Part shown: positions 1 through 9,370 of the stretch, one piece after another
How the letters are laid out: the number at the start of each line of letters is the position of its first letter
How positions within the stretch are numbered: the first letter of the stretch is position 1
NCBI GenBank assembly: GCA_963734535.1
Contig: CAVTHS010000008.1
Location: 489,155 to 553,154 of the forward strand
From: an uncultured Chloroflexia bacterium
GTDB lineage: Bacteria > Chloroflexota > Limnocylindria > Limnocylindrales > CSP1-4
Direction of reading: 5' to 3'
Length of the DNA stretch: 64,000 bases
Translations under genes and position numbers: made by a program
Notes under the pieces: generated by a model
What the model saw: the letters and a program-made list of their open reading frames with translations, nothing else
What the model was told of the DNA's origin: nothing
The model's database searches: none

Positions 1-22
1 CACGACCGGCCTCAAGGGCTGA
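1..22 (+). CDS. 3' end of probable carbohydrate ABC transporter permease (partial)
   Basis: Reads ...TTGLKG* at the window edge, a typical MalG-type permease C-terminus, directly upstream of glycosidase genes. Confidence 0.5.
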
Positions 23-84
23 ACGCGGCGACGGCGGCGAACGCCCGCGGTGAGAACCGCGACGACCGACAACGGAGGTTTCTG

Positions 85-1650
85 ATGCCCATCCGTCGGC
101 GCGTGCCCCGGCCAGTCGCGTTCATCGTCGGTCTCATCGCGGTCGTGCTGGTCCTGCCCAACATCTCGCTGGCCGCGACTCCCGTCCCGAGACCGGCGAG
201 GTCCGCCGTCTTCAGCGTGACCGGGCAGGCGCGGGATCAGCAGACCCTGCTCCGGTACGCCCGCGCAACCTGGGCGTCATTCGTCGCAATGACAGATCCG
301 AAGAGCGGCCTGCCGGCCGACAGCCTCTCGTCGGACGGCACGACCAGCGTCCAGACGTCCACGACGAACATCGGCGCCTACCTGTGGAGCACCGTTGTCG
401 CCGACAGGCTCGGGATCATCACCCACGCCGACGCGGTGAAGCGTCTCAGGCGAACGCTCGCCTCGCTCGAGACGATGGAGCGCTACTGGCCCGGCGGCCA
501 GTACTACAACTGGTACGACCACACGACGGGTGCCAAGCTCACACTCTGGCCGCCGACCGGCCTGCCGATCAACCCGCCGAATGGCCCGATCCTGTCGTCC
601 GTCGACAACGGCTGGCTCGCCACCGGCCTGCAGGTCGTGGCGAACAGCGTCCCGGAGGTCGCGGCGCGCGCCGGGGCGCTCTTCGACAGCATGGACTTCG
701 GCTTCTACTACCGGCCGGCCGTCAACCGGATTGCCTTCTTCTATGCGCCCGGCAACGGTGCATCGGACTGCTGCTACGACACGATCGTGAGCGAGAGCCG
801 GATCTCGAGCTACATCGGGATCGCCACGGGGAAGATCCCCCCGAAGGAGTACTACGGCTCCTGGCGGACGTTCCCGGACACCTGTGACTGGAGCTGGCAG
901 GAGACGAAGCCGATCGGCGTCACGCGGACGTATCTCGGCGTGAGCGTCTTCGAGGGGGCCTACCCGTACGACGGGATGCGCATCGTCCCGGGCTGGGGCG
1001 GCAGCATGTTCGAGGCGCTCATGCCGGACCTCTTCGTGCCCGAGGACCAATGGGGGCCGAAGAGCTGGGCGATCAACCATCCCCTCACCGTGGCCGCCCA
1101 GATCCACCACGGGCTCGTGGACGCCGGCTACGGCTACTGGGGCTTCTCCCCTGCCAACATCCCCGAGGGCGGCTATCACGAGTACGGCGTCGATGCGCTC
1201 GGACTGAACCCCAGCGGCTATCCCTCGAACGAGGACGGCACGTTCGTCGATCCGGGCTTCGCAGGCTGTCCCGGTCGCGACCCGGCGCCGGACCCGAAAC
1301 CGAAGGCCTACACCAACGGCGTGGTCACCCCTCACGCATCGTTCCTCGCCCTGCGCTTCGCGCCAGCCGCCGCGATCGCGAACCTGGCCAGGCTCGAGCG
1401 CAACTTCGCGATCTACGACAAATGGGGCTTCCACGACTCGGTGAACGTGGGGACGGGGAGGGTCTCGGACTCGTACCTGTCGCTCGACCAGGGCATCATC
1501 ATGGCTGCGATCGGTAACGCGCTTGGTGGCGACATGCTGCGCCGCGCGTTCGCGACCCGGCAGTTCCAGCGGGCGCTGGAGCCGGTGATCTCCATCGAGC
1601 AGTTCAACGCCAGCGCGGGCGACCGCGTCACCCAGCTCGTCCTCCCGTAG
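85..1650 (+). CDS. Secreted glucoamylase-like/DUF3131 glycoside hydrolase (GH144-like, putative endo-beta-1,2-glucanase)
   Basis: SD GGAGG; signal peptide; motifs TSTTNIG, SSVDNGWL, SESRI, WGGSMFEALMP, WGFS, LSLDQG. Confidence 0.8.
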   Translation: MPIRRRVPRPVAFIVGLIAVVLVLPNISLAATPVPRPARSAVFSVTGQARDQQTLLRYARATWASFVAMTDPKSGLPADSLSSDGTTSVQTSTTNIGAYLWSTVVADRLGIITHADAVKRLRRTLASLETMERYWPGGQYYNWYDHTTGAKLTLWPPTGLPINPPNGPILSSVDNGWLATGLQVVANSVPEVAARAGALFDSMDFGFYYRPAVNRIAFFYAPGNGASDCCYDTIVSESRISSYIGIATGKIPPKEYYGSWRTFPDTCDWSWQETKPIGVTRTYLGVSVFEGAYPYDGMRIVPGWGGSMFEALMPDLFVPEDQWGPKSWAINHPLTVAAQIHHGLVDAGYGYWGFSPANIPEGGYHEYGVDALGLNPSGYPSNEDGTFVDPGFAGCPGRDPAPDPKPKAYTNGVVTPHASFLALRFAPAAAIANLARLERNFAIYDKWGFHDSVNVGTGRVSDSYLSLDQGIIMAAIGNALGGDMLRRAFATRQFQRALEPVISIEQFNASAGDRVTQLVLP

Positions 1651-1662
1651 CGCCTCGCTCAG

Positions 1663-3633
1663 ATGCCGAGGCACCGTCTCCCTCGCCGGCCGGAGGGCAA
1701 CACCGCCCCGGGCCCGGATTCCGCGACTGGCGCGCTTCCCGAGGGCCTGGGGCCATCGGCCAGCTCGGCCCGCATCGCCTGGTTCGCCACGCTCGGGGCA
1801 CGAACCGAGCGCGACCGGCCGGCGCCGCCCATCTCGCTTCCGCCGCCTGGGCACGTTCGGGCCGTGCGCGGGCGCGGCCAGGTGACGATCGACTGGTCGC
1901 CGGTGGCGGGCGCGGCCGGCTACCTGGTCCACTTCGGCTCGTCGGCCGACGGCCCGTTCGAGCCGATCGACCAGGGCGGCGGCGACGTCCTCGCCGTCCC
2001 CCACGGACCGTACCTCGACACGACGCGCCGGCCGCACGGGAAGGCAAAGGCGCGGGGACGGGCGTGGTATGCCGTCTCGAGCCTGCCGACGATCGAGGCG
2101 GAGGGAGGCGCGCTCTCGACGCCCGTCCGACCCCGAAAGGGCCCGGCCGACGCGGCCGTCACGATCCGCGTGAACGCGAGCCAGGCCATCGGGCCCGTCG
2201 CGAAACCCTGGCGCCCGATCATCGGCTCGGAGCACCTCGCCATGCTGCTCCGGGGGCCGGGACCTGGCGGCCACGACGTCGGCGCAGAGCTGGCCGAGGC
2301 GTTCCGGATCGCTCGTCGCGAGCTCGGCACGGAGGCCGTGCGGGCGCACGCCATCCTCGACGACTCGCTCGCGGTCTACCGAGACGCGGGCGACCGGGCC
2401 GACCACGACTTCTCGACGGTTGACCAGGTCCTGGACCGGCTGCTCGAGACCGGCGTCCGGCCGATCGTCGAGCTCTCGTTCATGCCGCGCGACCTCGCGG
2501 CCGAGCCCGGGAAGACCGTGTTCGACTACGGCGCGATCATCTCGCAGCCGCACGACCTCGGTCGGTGGGCCGCCCTCGTGCGCGACCTCGCCGCCCACCT
2601 GGCCGATCGATACGGCCACGAGGAGGTGCGCCGCTGGGCATTCGAAGTCTGGAACGAGCCGAACCTCTGCGTCTTCTGGGCCGGCGCCGAGTCCGACTAC
2701 CTCCAGCTCTACGACGCGAGCGTCCGGGCCGTGAAGTCCGTTGACCAGGGATTCCGCGTCGGCGGCCCGGCGACCGCGGCCGCGGGCTGGATCGACGATC
2801 TGCTCGAGCATTGTCGGGCGAACGACGTCCCCATCGACTTCATCTCCACCCACACGTACGGCCTTCCGCCGCTGGATCTCCGGCCGGTCACCGCCCGCTT
2901 CGGAACGCCCGACATGCCGCTGTGGTGGACGGAGTGGGGCGTCAGCCCGCGAGATGGCGCTGCGATCAACGACAGCGCCTGGGCCGCGCCGCTCGTCGCG
3001 CGGGGCATGCGTTCGGCCGCCGGCCGGCTCGAGGCGCTCGCCTACTGGGTCGCGTCGGACCACTTCGTCGAGGGCGGCGACGCACCGAGGCTCTTCCACG
3101 GCGGGTTCGGCCTGCTCACGATCGGCAACCTCCGCAAGCCCCGATTCTGGGCGATCGCGATGCTCGACCGGCTCGGCCAGGACGAGCTTGCGTGCGACCT
3201 CGAGGGGGACGGCGCGGGCTCGCTGGTGGAAGCGTGGGCCTCCCGCGACCCCGACGGCAGGATCGCGATCGCCCTCTGGAACGGGACGCTCGACCAGTCC
3301 CGGGGCGCGGTGGTGCGGACGCTCCGTCGGTCGGTCACCCTCCGGGTCGACGGGCTGCGACCGGGCCGGTACGAGCTCCGGCACCGCCGGGTTGACGCCC
3401 GGCACTCGAACATCGCCCGGACCTGGAAGCGACTCGGGCGGCCCGACTGGCCCGACGACGCGGGCTGGGCGCGTCTCCGCGCGGCCGACCATCTCGAGAC
3501 CATCGGGAAGAAGCACACCGTTCGCGCCAAGCGGGGACGCCTGACCCTGGAGCTCGAGCTGCCGATGCCGGCGATCTCGCTCGTCGAGCTCGTCCCGATC
3601 AAGCGCTGGAGCGACCGTGTCGCTGGTCGCTGA
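1663..3633 (+). CDS. GH39 glycoside hydrolase (beta-xylosidase-like) with N-terminal FN3-like segment
   Basis: Motifs VELSFMP, FEVWNEPN (acid/base), DFISTHTY, WTEW (nucleophile), FHGGFGL. Confidence 0.85.
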   Translation: MPRHRLPRRPEGNTAPGPDSATGALPEGLGPSASSARIAWFATLGARTERDRPAPPISLPPPGHVRAVRGRGQVTIDWSPVAGAAGYLVHFGSSADGPFEPIDQGGGDVLAVPHGPYLDTTRRPHGKAKARGRAWYAVSSLPTIEAEGGALSTPVRPRKGPADAAVTIRVNASQAIGPVAKPWRPIIGSEHLAMLLRGPGPGGHDVGAELAEAFRIARRELGTEAVRAHAILDDSLAVYRDAGDRADHDFSTVDQVLDRLLETGVRPIVELSFMPRDLAAEPGKTVFDYGAIISQPHDLGRWAALVRDLAAHLADRYGHEEVRRWAFEVWNEPNLCVFWAGAESDYLQLYDASVRAVKSVDQGFRVGGPATAAAGWIDDLLEHCRANDVPIDFISTHTYGLPPLDLRPVTARFGTPDMPLWWTEWGVSPRDGAAINDSAWAAPLVARGMRSAAGRLEALAYWVASDHFVEGGDAPRLFHGGFGLLTIGNLRKPRFWAIAMLDRLGQDELACDLEGDGAGSLVEAWASRDPDGRIAIALWNGTLDQSRGAVVRTLRRSVTLRVDGLRPGRYELRHRRVDARHSNIARTWKRLGRPDWPDDAGWARLRAADHLETIGKKHTVRAKRGRLTLELELPMPAISLVELVPIKRWSDRVAGR

Positions 3634-6600
3634 GCCGCGAGCACCGGTTGCCGAGGCGCGACCGAGGGTCGCCGACCGACGGCGCACGGGGGACCCGCGC
3701 CCGCCCATGGCCGCCGAGCTGCGAAATCGGTCGGGCCTCTCCATCGAGCTCCTCGAGAACGGCGCGGTCTTCGCGATCCGCCACCGCGAGATCCTGGTCA
3801 GCCAGGTGCTCGGGAGCCCCGTCGAGGGCGGCCTCGGCAACATCTACCTCCGTCGCCGGACACCCGACGGCATCACCGCCTTCCCGTTGCTGGGGCCCGC
3901 AGCGCCGGGCAGCTTCCGGGCGTCCCGCCACGGCGCGGTCTGGGCGGGATCGGTGGACGGGCTCGACTACTCGTGCACGCTGCGTCTCGCAGCGCACCAG
4001 CCGACATGGTTCTGGACCCTGCGGCTCGCCAACGCCACCACCCGGCGCCTGCGCCTCGACGCCGTGCTCGCCCAGGACCTGGGGATCGCGAACAAGGCCG
4101 CGGTTCGGAGCAGCGAGCTGTACACCAGCCAGTACATCGATCACACGATCCTCGAGGACGAGGGCCTCGGGTTCCTGGTCTGCTCGCGACAGAACCTTCC
4201 CCAGGGCGACGCGTATCCGTGGATCATGCACGGCTGCCTCGATGGCGCGGTCGGGTACCTGACCGACGGGTTCCAGCTCTACGGCCTCGGCTACCGGGCA
4301 ACGAACGTTCCGGCTGCCCTCGTCCGCCCGAAGCTGCCGAACCGGAACTACCAGCACGAGTTCGCGCTGCCGACGCTCCAGTCGGCGAGGCTGTCGCTCG
4401 CGCCCGGGGGGATCGGCGAGATCACGTTCTTCGCTGCCTTCGAACCGGACCACCCGGACGCCACGAGCGCCGCAGACGCGGGACGCGTCATCGCGGCCCG
4501 GGCCGCGTTTGCGAGCCGTCGCTCCGGCACGATCCCCCGGACACCGCGTCCCCGCCCGGCCGGCCTCTTCGATTCTCCGGTCATGTTCGAGAGCGAGGAT
4601 CTCGGGGAGGCCGATCTCGAACGCTACTTCGGGCCGGAGTGGCGTCACGTGGAGAAGCGCGACGGGACGCTCCTCTCGTTCTTCCACGGACGCCAGCAGC
4701 ACGTCGTGCTCAGGGCGAAGGAGCTCCTCGTGGAGCGACCGACCGGGCACATCATGCAGTCCGGGCGGAACCTGTTCCCGAGCGATGACATCCTGTCCGC
4801 CACGGCCTGGATGTGCGGCGTCTTCGGCTCCCAGGTCACGATCGGCAACACGTCGTTCAACAAGCTCCTGGGCGCGTGTCGCAATCCGCTCAACGTGCTC
4901 AAGACCAGCGGCCAGCGCATCTTCGTGAAGGCCGAGCGGGGCTGGGAGCTGCTGGGCCTCCCGTCGGCATTCGAGATGGGACCGACGAGCGCACGCTGGA
5001 TCTACCGGGGCGGGCGGACGACCATCTCCATCCGCGTCGCCGTCGCGCTCGACGCGCCTGCCTGCCGCCTGGCCGTGGAGGTCGAGCGCGGCGGCCCGCT
5101 CGAGCTTCTCATCAGCCACGACGTGGTCCTCGGCTCGAACGAGCACGACGCGAAGGGACAGGTGATCACGGACGCGGCCGCCGGATTCGTCGAGCTGCGA
5201 CCCGCGCCCGACGGGCAGCTCAGCCGGCACTATCCCGCGGCGACCTTCTTCATCGTCTCTCCGGACGCGGAGCAGATCGAGGTGATGGGCGGGGACGAGC
5301 TCCTCCGAGATGGCGAGGTTGATCGCGGCGGATCACACGTCGTCGTGAAGACCAGGCCCGTCTCGCGCTTCTCGCTCGTCCTCACCGGCAGCATCCTGGG
5401 CCGGGAGCGGGCCGCCGAGCTGGCGACGGAGTACGGCCACGAACCGGACCCAGGACCGGACCTGGACGGCGACGCGAACGACTCCTCGTCGGTCGTGGGG
5501 CGGCGGGCGGTGCTCGGAGGCGCAACCGGGCGGTGCGCCGACGACCTGGCGCGCCTCGACGACGTGCTGCGCTGGTACGTCCACGACGCGATGATCCACT
5601 ACACCACTCCGCACGGGCTCGAGCAGTCGAACGGGGCGGCGATGGGCCTGCGCGACGTCTGCCAGGGCCCCGTGGAGCTCCTGGTCGCGACGCGAAACCT
5701 GCGACCGCTGCGCGACCTGATCCGGCTCATCTACGAGCACCAGGACAGGCGGACCGGCGACTGGCCGCAGTGGTTCATGTTCGACCGGTACCGCGAGGTG
5801 CGGGCCGACGGCAGCCACGCCGACATCATCCACTGGCCGATCAAGGCGCTGTGCGATTACGTGGAGGCGTCGGGCGACCTCTCGATCCTCGACGAGCAGG
5901 TCGCCTGGACGGATGCCCGGACGAAGACGGTATCAGCCGAGACCGAGACGATCCTCGCCCACACGGAGCGGCAGATCGCCCGGATCGAGGACGACTGCAT
6001 CCCGGGCACGGCGCTCCCGGTCTTCGCCGGGGGCGACTGGGAGGACACGCTCCAGCCGGCCGACCCGGCGATGGCCCTGCGGCTGGTCAGTGCCTGGACC
6101 GTCGAGCTCGCCTACCAGACGCTCGGCCGGTATCGAGCGGTCTGCGCCCGGGCGGGACGGGGTGCAGTCGTGGAACGTCTTGCCGGCATCTGCGGGCGGA
6201 TGCGGTCGGACTTCAACCGCCACCTCGTCCCCGGCGGCGTGGTCGCCGGGCTGGCCTGGTTCGGCCCGGACGGCGTCGAGTACTTCCTCCACCCGCGCGA
6301 TCGCAGGACCGGCGTTTCGTATCGGCTGCTGCCGATGACGCGGGGAATCATCAGCGGGATGTTCAGCCCAGAGCAGGCCCGCCGGCATGTCGCGCTGATC
6401 GAGCGCCATCTCTCGTTCCCGGACGGCGTGCGGCTGATGAACCGGCCGATGGACTATCACGGCGGCACGTCGCGCATCTTCAAGCGCGCCGAGAGCGCGG
6501 CGTGCTTCGGGCGGGAGGTCGGGCTCCAGTATGTCCACGCCCACATTCGCTACGTCGAGGCGATGGCGCGGATCGGCCGGCCCGACGAGGCGTTCCGGGG

Positions 6601-7108
6601 CCTCCTGGCCGTCTGCCCGATCCTGCCCGACCTCGACGTGCCAGCGGCCCTCCCCCGCCAGGGCAACGCCTACTTCAGCAGCTCCGATGCCGCGTTCATG
6701 GACCGCCGCCAGGCGAGCCGCCAGTTCGGCCGCATCCGGACCGGGCGGGTGGGAGTCCGGGGTGGGTGGCGCGTCTACTCCAGTGGACCCGGCATCTGGA
6801 TCAACCAGGTGATCTCGAATGTGCTGGGCGTGCGAACCTCGTTCGACGACGTGGTGCTCGACCCGGTGCTTCCCCGGCGAGCCGACGGGTTGACCTTCGA
6901 CTTCGAGTACGAAGGCCGCCCGGTCCGCTACCTCTACCACGTCGCCGGAGATGGGTTCTCGCCCCGGGAGGTCCGCGTCAACGGCCGGCCAGTGCAAGGC
7001 GGCCGGTACGCGGAGAATCCCTATCGACCGGGCGGCATGCTCATCGCGAAATCCTCCTTCGGGGCGGGGCTCGATCGCCACGAGAACCTGGTCGAGATCT
7101 TCGTCTGA
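3617..7108 (+). CDS. GH94 phosphorylase, 1,2-beta-oligoglucan phosphorylase-like (alternative start 3707)
   Basis: About 1130 aa; motifs SQYIDH, PHGLEQ..G..GLRDVCQGP, GDWEDTLQP, REVGLQYVHAH, GWRVYSSGPG. Confidence 0.85.
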   Translation: MSLVAEPRAPVAEARPRVADRRRTGDPRPPMAAELRNRSGLSIELLENGAVFAIRHREILVSQVLGSPVEGGLGNIYLRRRTPDGITAFPLLGPAAPGSFRASRHGAVWAGSVDGLDYSCTLRLAAHQPTWFWTLRLANATTRRLRLDAVLAQDLGIANKAAVRSSELYTSQYIDHTILEDEGLGFLVCSRQNLPQGDAYPWIMHGCLDGAVGYLTDGFQLYGLGYRATNVPAALVRPKLPNRNYQHEFALPTLQSARLSLAPGGIGEITFFAAFEPDHPDATSAADAGRVIAARAAFASRRSGTIPRTPRPRPAGLFDSPVMFESEDLGEADLERYFGPEWRHVEKRDGTLLSFFHGRQQHVVLRAKELLVERPTGHIMQSGRNLFPSDDILSATAWMCGVFGSQVTIGNTSFNKLLGACRNPLNVLKTSGQRIFVKAERGWELLGLPSAFEMGPTSARWIYRGGRTTISIRVAVALDAPACRLAVEVERGGPLELLISHDVVLGSNEHDAKGQVITDAAAGFVELRPAPDGQLSRHYPAATFFIVSPDAEQIEVMGGDELLRDGEVDRGGSHVVVKTRPVSRFSLVLTGSILGRERAAELATEYGHEPDPGPDLDGDANDSSSVVGRRAVLGGATGRCADDLARLDDVLRWYVHDAMIHYTTPHGLEQSNGAAMGLRDVCQGPVELLVATRNLRPLRDLIRLIYEHQDRRTGDWPQWFMFDRYREVRADGSHADIIHWPIKALCDYVEASGDLSILDEQVAWTDARTKTVSAETETILAHTERQIARIEDDCIPGTALPVFAGGDWEDTLQPADPAMALRLVSAWTVELAYQTLGRYRAVCARAGRGAVVERLAGICGRMRSDFNRHLVPGGVVAGLAWFGPDGVEYFLHPRDRRTGVSYRLLPMTRGIISGMFSPEQARRHVALIERHLSFPDGVRLMNRPMDYHGGTSRIFKRAESAACFGREVGLQYVHAHIRYVEAMARIGRPDEAFRGLLAVCPILPDLDVPAALPRQGNAYFSSSDAAFMDRRQASRQFGRIRTGRVGVRGGWRVYSSGPGIWINQVISNVLGVRTSFDDVVLDPVLPRRADGLTFDFEYEGRPVRYLYHVAGDGFSPREVRVNGRPVQGGRYAENPYRPGGMLIAKSSFGAGLDRHENLVEIFV

Positions 7109-7300
7109 ACGCGGGGGCTGCAGCGCGGCCGCGCGGCCGTCCTCGGTCCACGACGAATCCCCCAGTTGGGGCATGCCGCATCCCCCGGGCAGGGTCTTCA
7201 CGCCACGCGCGATCCCTGCGGAAATAGGCGCAGCCGCCGACGATCCGGGCGCCCGGGCGACCGGGGCCGTCAGGCACCTGGCAACGGGGAGGCACCCCCC

Positions 7301-7507
7301 ATGGTCACGCCATTCGAGCCGATCCCGAACCCCGCCCTGCGCCGTCGCGCAGCGTCCGCATTCGGCATTCCCGTCGTCTGCACGGATTGCCGCCGACCCT
7401 TCGACCCGGCCGATCCGCACCGCCGCCTGCAGACCCTCCAGGACCAGCTCGCGCTGTGCAGTCAGTGCACCTGGCACCTGGAGCACCCGGACGAGGCGCG
7501 CGGCTGA
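7301..7507 (+). CDS. Small hypothetical zinc-ribbon-like protein (68 aa)
   Basis: SD GGGGAGG before ATG 7301; CTDC...CSQC pair. Confidence 0.6.
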   Translation: MVTPFEPIPNPALRRRAASAFGIPVVCTDCRRPFDPADPHRRLQTLQDQLALCSQCTWHLEHPDEARG

Positions 7508-7628
7508 CGTCCTCCGCGGTCTTCCCGGTTGAGCCTCTGGCGCGGGTTGCCCGCGGATCTCCGACGCACGCACCCGCCCTGTCGTCGACGACGATCGCCG
7601 ACGACCGGGGACGAGGTCGCCCGGGTCC

Positions 7629-7919
7629 TCAGTAGGTCCTGCTCTCGACGACGTCGACGATGCGCGCCCGCGGCGTGCCGCCCAGGACCAGTGCTGCCTG
7701 GGGCGACCGCCAGAGGTCCTCGAGCCCGACCTTGAACGCTTCGGCCTCACCGCGGCTGTCGAACTCCAGGTCCACCCCGATGAACCTCGCGTCGTCGACC
7801 GGCCGGTAGACCTGGTACCGCTGGACCCCGCCGGCGTCCCGGCGCGCCGCTTCGCGGTCGAAGGCAGCCTTCCAGGCCTCGAAATCGCGGACGGGATGTT
7901 CGATCTGCAGGACGGGCAT
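7629..7919 (-). CDS. Small dimeric alpha/beta-barrel (ABM/cyclase-like) protein
   Basis: IEHPVRDFEAWKAAFD motif; divergent from a TetR gene. Confidence 0.7.
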   Translation of the reverse strand: MPVLQIEHPVRDFEAWKAAFDREAARRDAGGVQRYQVYRPVDDARFIGVDLEFDSRGEAEAFKVGLEDLWRSPQAALVLGGTPRARIVDVVESRTY

Positions 7920-7948
7920 GGCGGTTCCCCCGGTTGGTGGACTGGTGA

Positions 7949-7984
7949 ATACAGTGAGACTGTATCAATACTGTGATACTGTAC
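7949..7984. promoter_or_regulatory. Tandem TetR operator boxes in divergent promoter
   Basis: Palindrome ATACAGT-GAG-ACTGTAT (7949-7965) and degenerate copy ATACTGTGATACTGTAC (7968-7984) in an AT-rich spacer. Confidence 0.7.
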
Positions 7985-7988
7985 TTAC

Positions 7989-8726
7989 ATGACAGATCCT
8001 GTCAAGCCACCGCGCCCCGTCGACTTTCCGCGGCGTCGCGAACGGGCGCGGGCGACCCGCCTTCGCGTGCTCGAGGCCGCCCGTGCGCTCTTCGTGGAGC
8101 GCGGCTACGTCGCGACGACGATCGATGCGATCGCCGAGCGCGCGGACGTGTCTCCCGAGACGGTCTACTCGAGGTTCGGCAACAAGCGAACGATCCTCTC
8201 GGACCTCGTGGACGTCTCGATCGCCGGCGACGATGTCGCGGCGCCGGTCCTCGAGCGGGAATGGGTGCGGGAGATGCGCGACCAGCCCGATCCCCACCAC
8301 CGCCTCCGGATGCTCGCCGGGGGCGGGAGTTCGATCCTCGAGCGCCGCGCGGCCGTGGACGAGGTCGTCAGCGGCGCCGCAGCGGCCGATCCGGACATCG
8401 CCGCGCTCCGCCGGGCCGGCAAGACCCAGCGCCACGCGGGCCAGCGGGAGCTGCTGCGGATGGTGGTCGGTGCCGGCGGCCTGCGGGAGGGCCTGGACCT
8501 GGAGACCGCGGCCGACATCCTGTATGCCATTGGGAGCCCCGAGACGTATCAGCTCCTGGTCACGGACCGCGGCTGGAGCCCCGCCCGGTTCGAGGCCTGG
8601 TACGGCGAGACGCTGGACCGCCTGCTGCTATCGCCGGAAGATCACCCCGATCAGGCCCCTCAGGAATCCGAGCGCGGCAGCCAGCGCCACCAGGACGACA
8701 AGGCCCACGACCAGCAGCGGCCATAG
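7989..8726 (+). CDS. TetR/AcrR family transcriptional regulator
   Basis: N-terminal HTH RVLEAARALFVERGY..TTIDAIAERADVSPETVYSRFGNK. Confidence 0.9.
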   Translation: MTDPVKPPRPVDFPRRRERARATRLRVLEAARALFVERGYVATTIDAIAERADVSPETVYSRFGNKRTILSDLVDVSIAGDDVAAPVLEREWVREMRDQPDPHHRLRMLAGGGSSILERRAAVDEVVSGAAAADPDIAALRRAGKTQRHAGQRELLRMVVGAGGLREGLDLETAADILYAIGSPETYQLLVTDRGWSPARFEAWYGETLDRLLLSPEDHPDQAPQESERGSQRHQDDKAHDQQRP

Positions 8727-8789
8727 CGGGAGCGGAACCAGGACGAACAGCAGGACGACGAGGAGCCCGACGATCAGGCAACCGCACAT
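8628..8789 (-). CDS. Small membrane protein (53 aa, absent from ORF track)
   Basis: MCGCLIVGLLVVLLFVLVPLPLWPLLVVGLVVLVALAAALGFLRGLIGVIFRR; two hydrophobic helices, GC3-rich codons. Confidence 0.6.
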   Translation of the reverse strand: MCGCLIVGLLVVLLFVLVPLPLWPLLVVGLVVLVALAAALGFLRGLIGVIFRR

Positions 8790-8953
8790 GGCTACGTGCT
8801 CCGGTCCAGTGCCGGTCGTCGGATCATCGCATCACGCTCGCCGGTCATCATGCCGCGCCACTTGGCGGCGAACTCGGTCGGGGTCATGCGTCGAAATGTA
8901 CGGCAGTGCAGGTCCGGCACCGAGTGGCGGGCCGCGTCGCCGGCACCGGGGAG

Positions 8954-9271
8954 TCAGGGGCGGACGGTGAGGCAGCGACAGCCGAGCGTTGCCAGGTCTC
9001 CCGCCGCGAGGGCGGCCCGATATGCCTGGATCGTGGTCGCGGCGCAGTAGTGCTCCCGGATCTCGATGAGCAGGTTCCTTACCGTCGCCGCGGCGATGCC
9101 GGTGGTCGCGGCGGTGAGCTCGTAGGTGCCTGCTTCCGAGTAGGCATCGAGGACGGCAAGCTGTCGCATCGTCGGCTCGTTCGGTCGGATGGTCGCCGCG
9201 GCCGGGGCGCACGCGATGAGACGGGGTTGCTTTCGCATTGCCGCGCCACGGTAGACCTGTCCGGATGGCAT
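8954..9271 (-). CDS. Small LuxR-type HTH-like protein
   Basis: PTMRQLAVL...TAATTGIAAATVRNLLIEIR resembles a LuxR C-terminal HTH; start uncertain (9271 or 9238). Confidence 0.5.
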   Translation of the reverse strand: MPSGQVYRGAAMRKQPRLIACAPAAATIRPNEPTMRQLAVLDAYSEAGTYELTAATTGIAAATVRNLLIEIREHYCAATTIQAYRAALAAGDLATLGCRCLTVRP

Positions 9272-9370
9272 GTCATGACGGCCCTTCATCACGGCGCTGA
9301 TGGGGCCCGGTCATCGGCCGGACCCGCCATAATGGCAAGACCCTCGCTCGCAACGTGGAGGTGAGTCGCG

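Noticed and set aside
277-3843. Very long antisense and alternative-frame ORFs (for example 277-3843, 28136-30310, 32682-34715, 60339-62807 upstream part)
   Set aside because: Arg/Pro/Gly-rich shadows of real genes; stop codons are scarce in high-GC DNA
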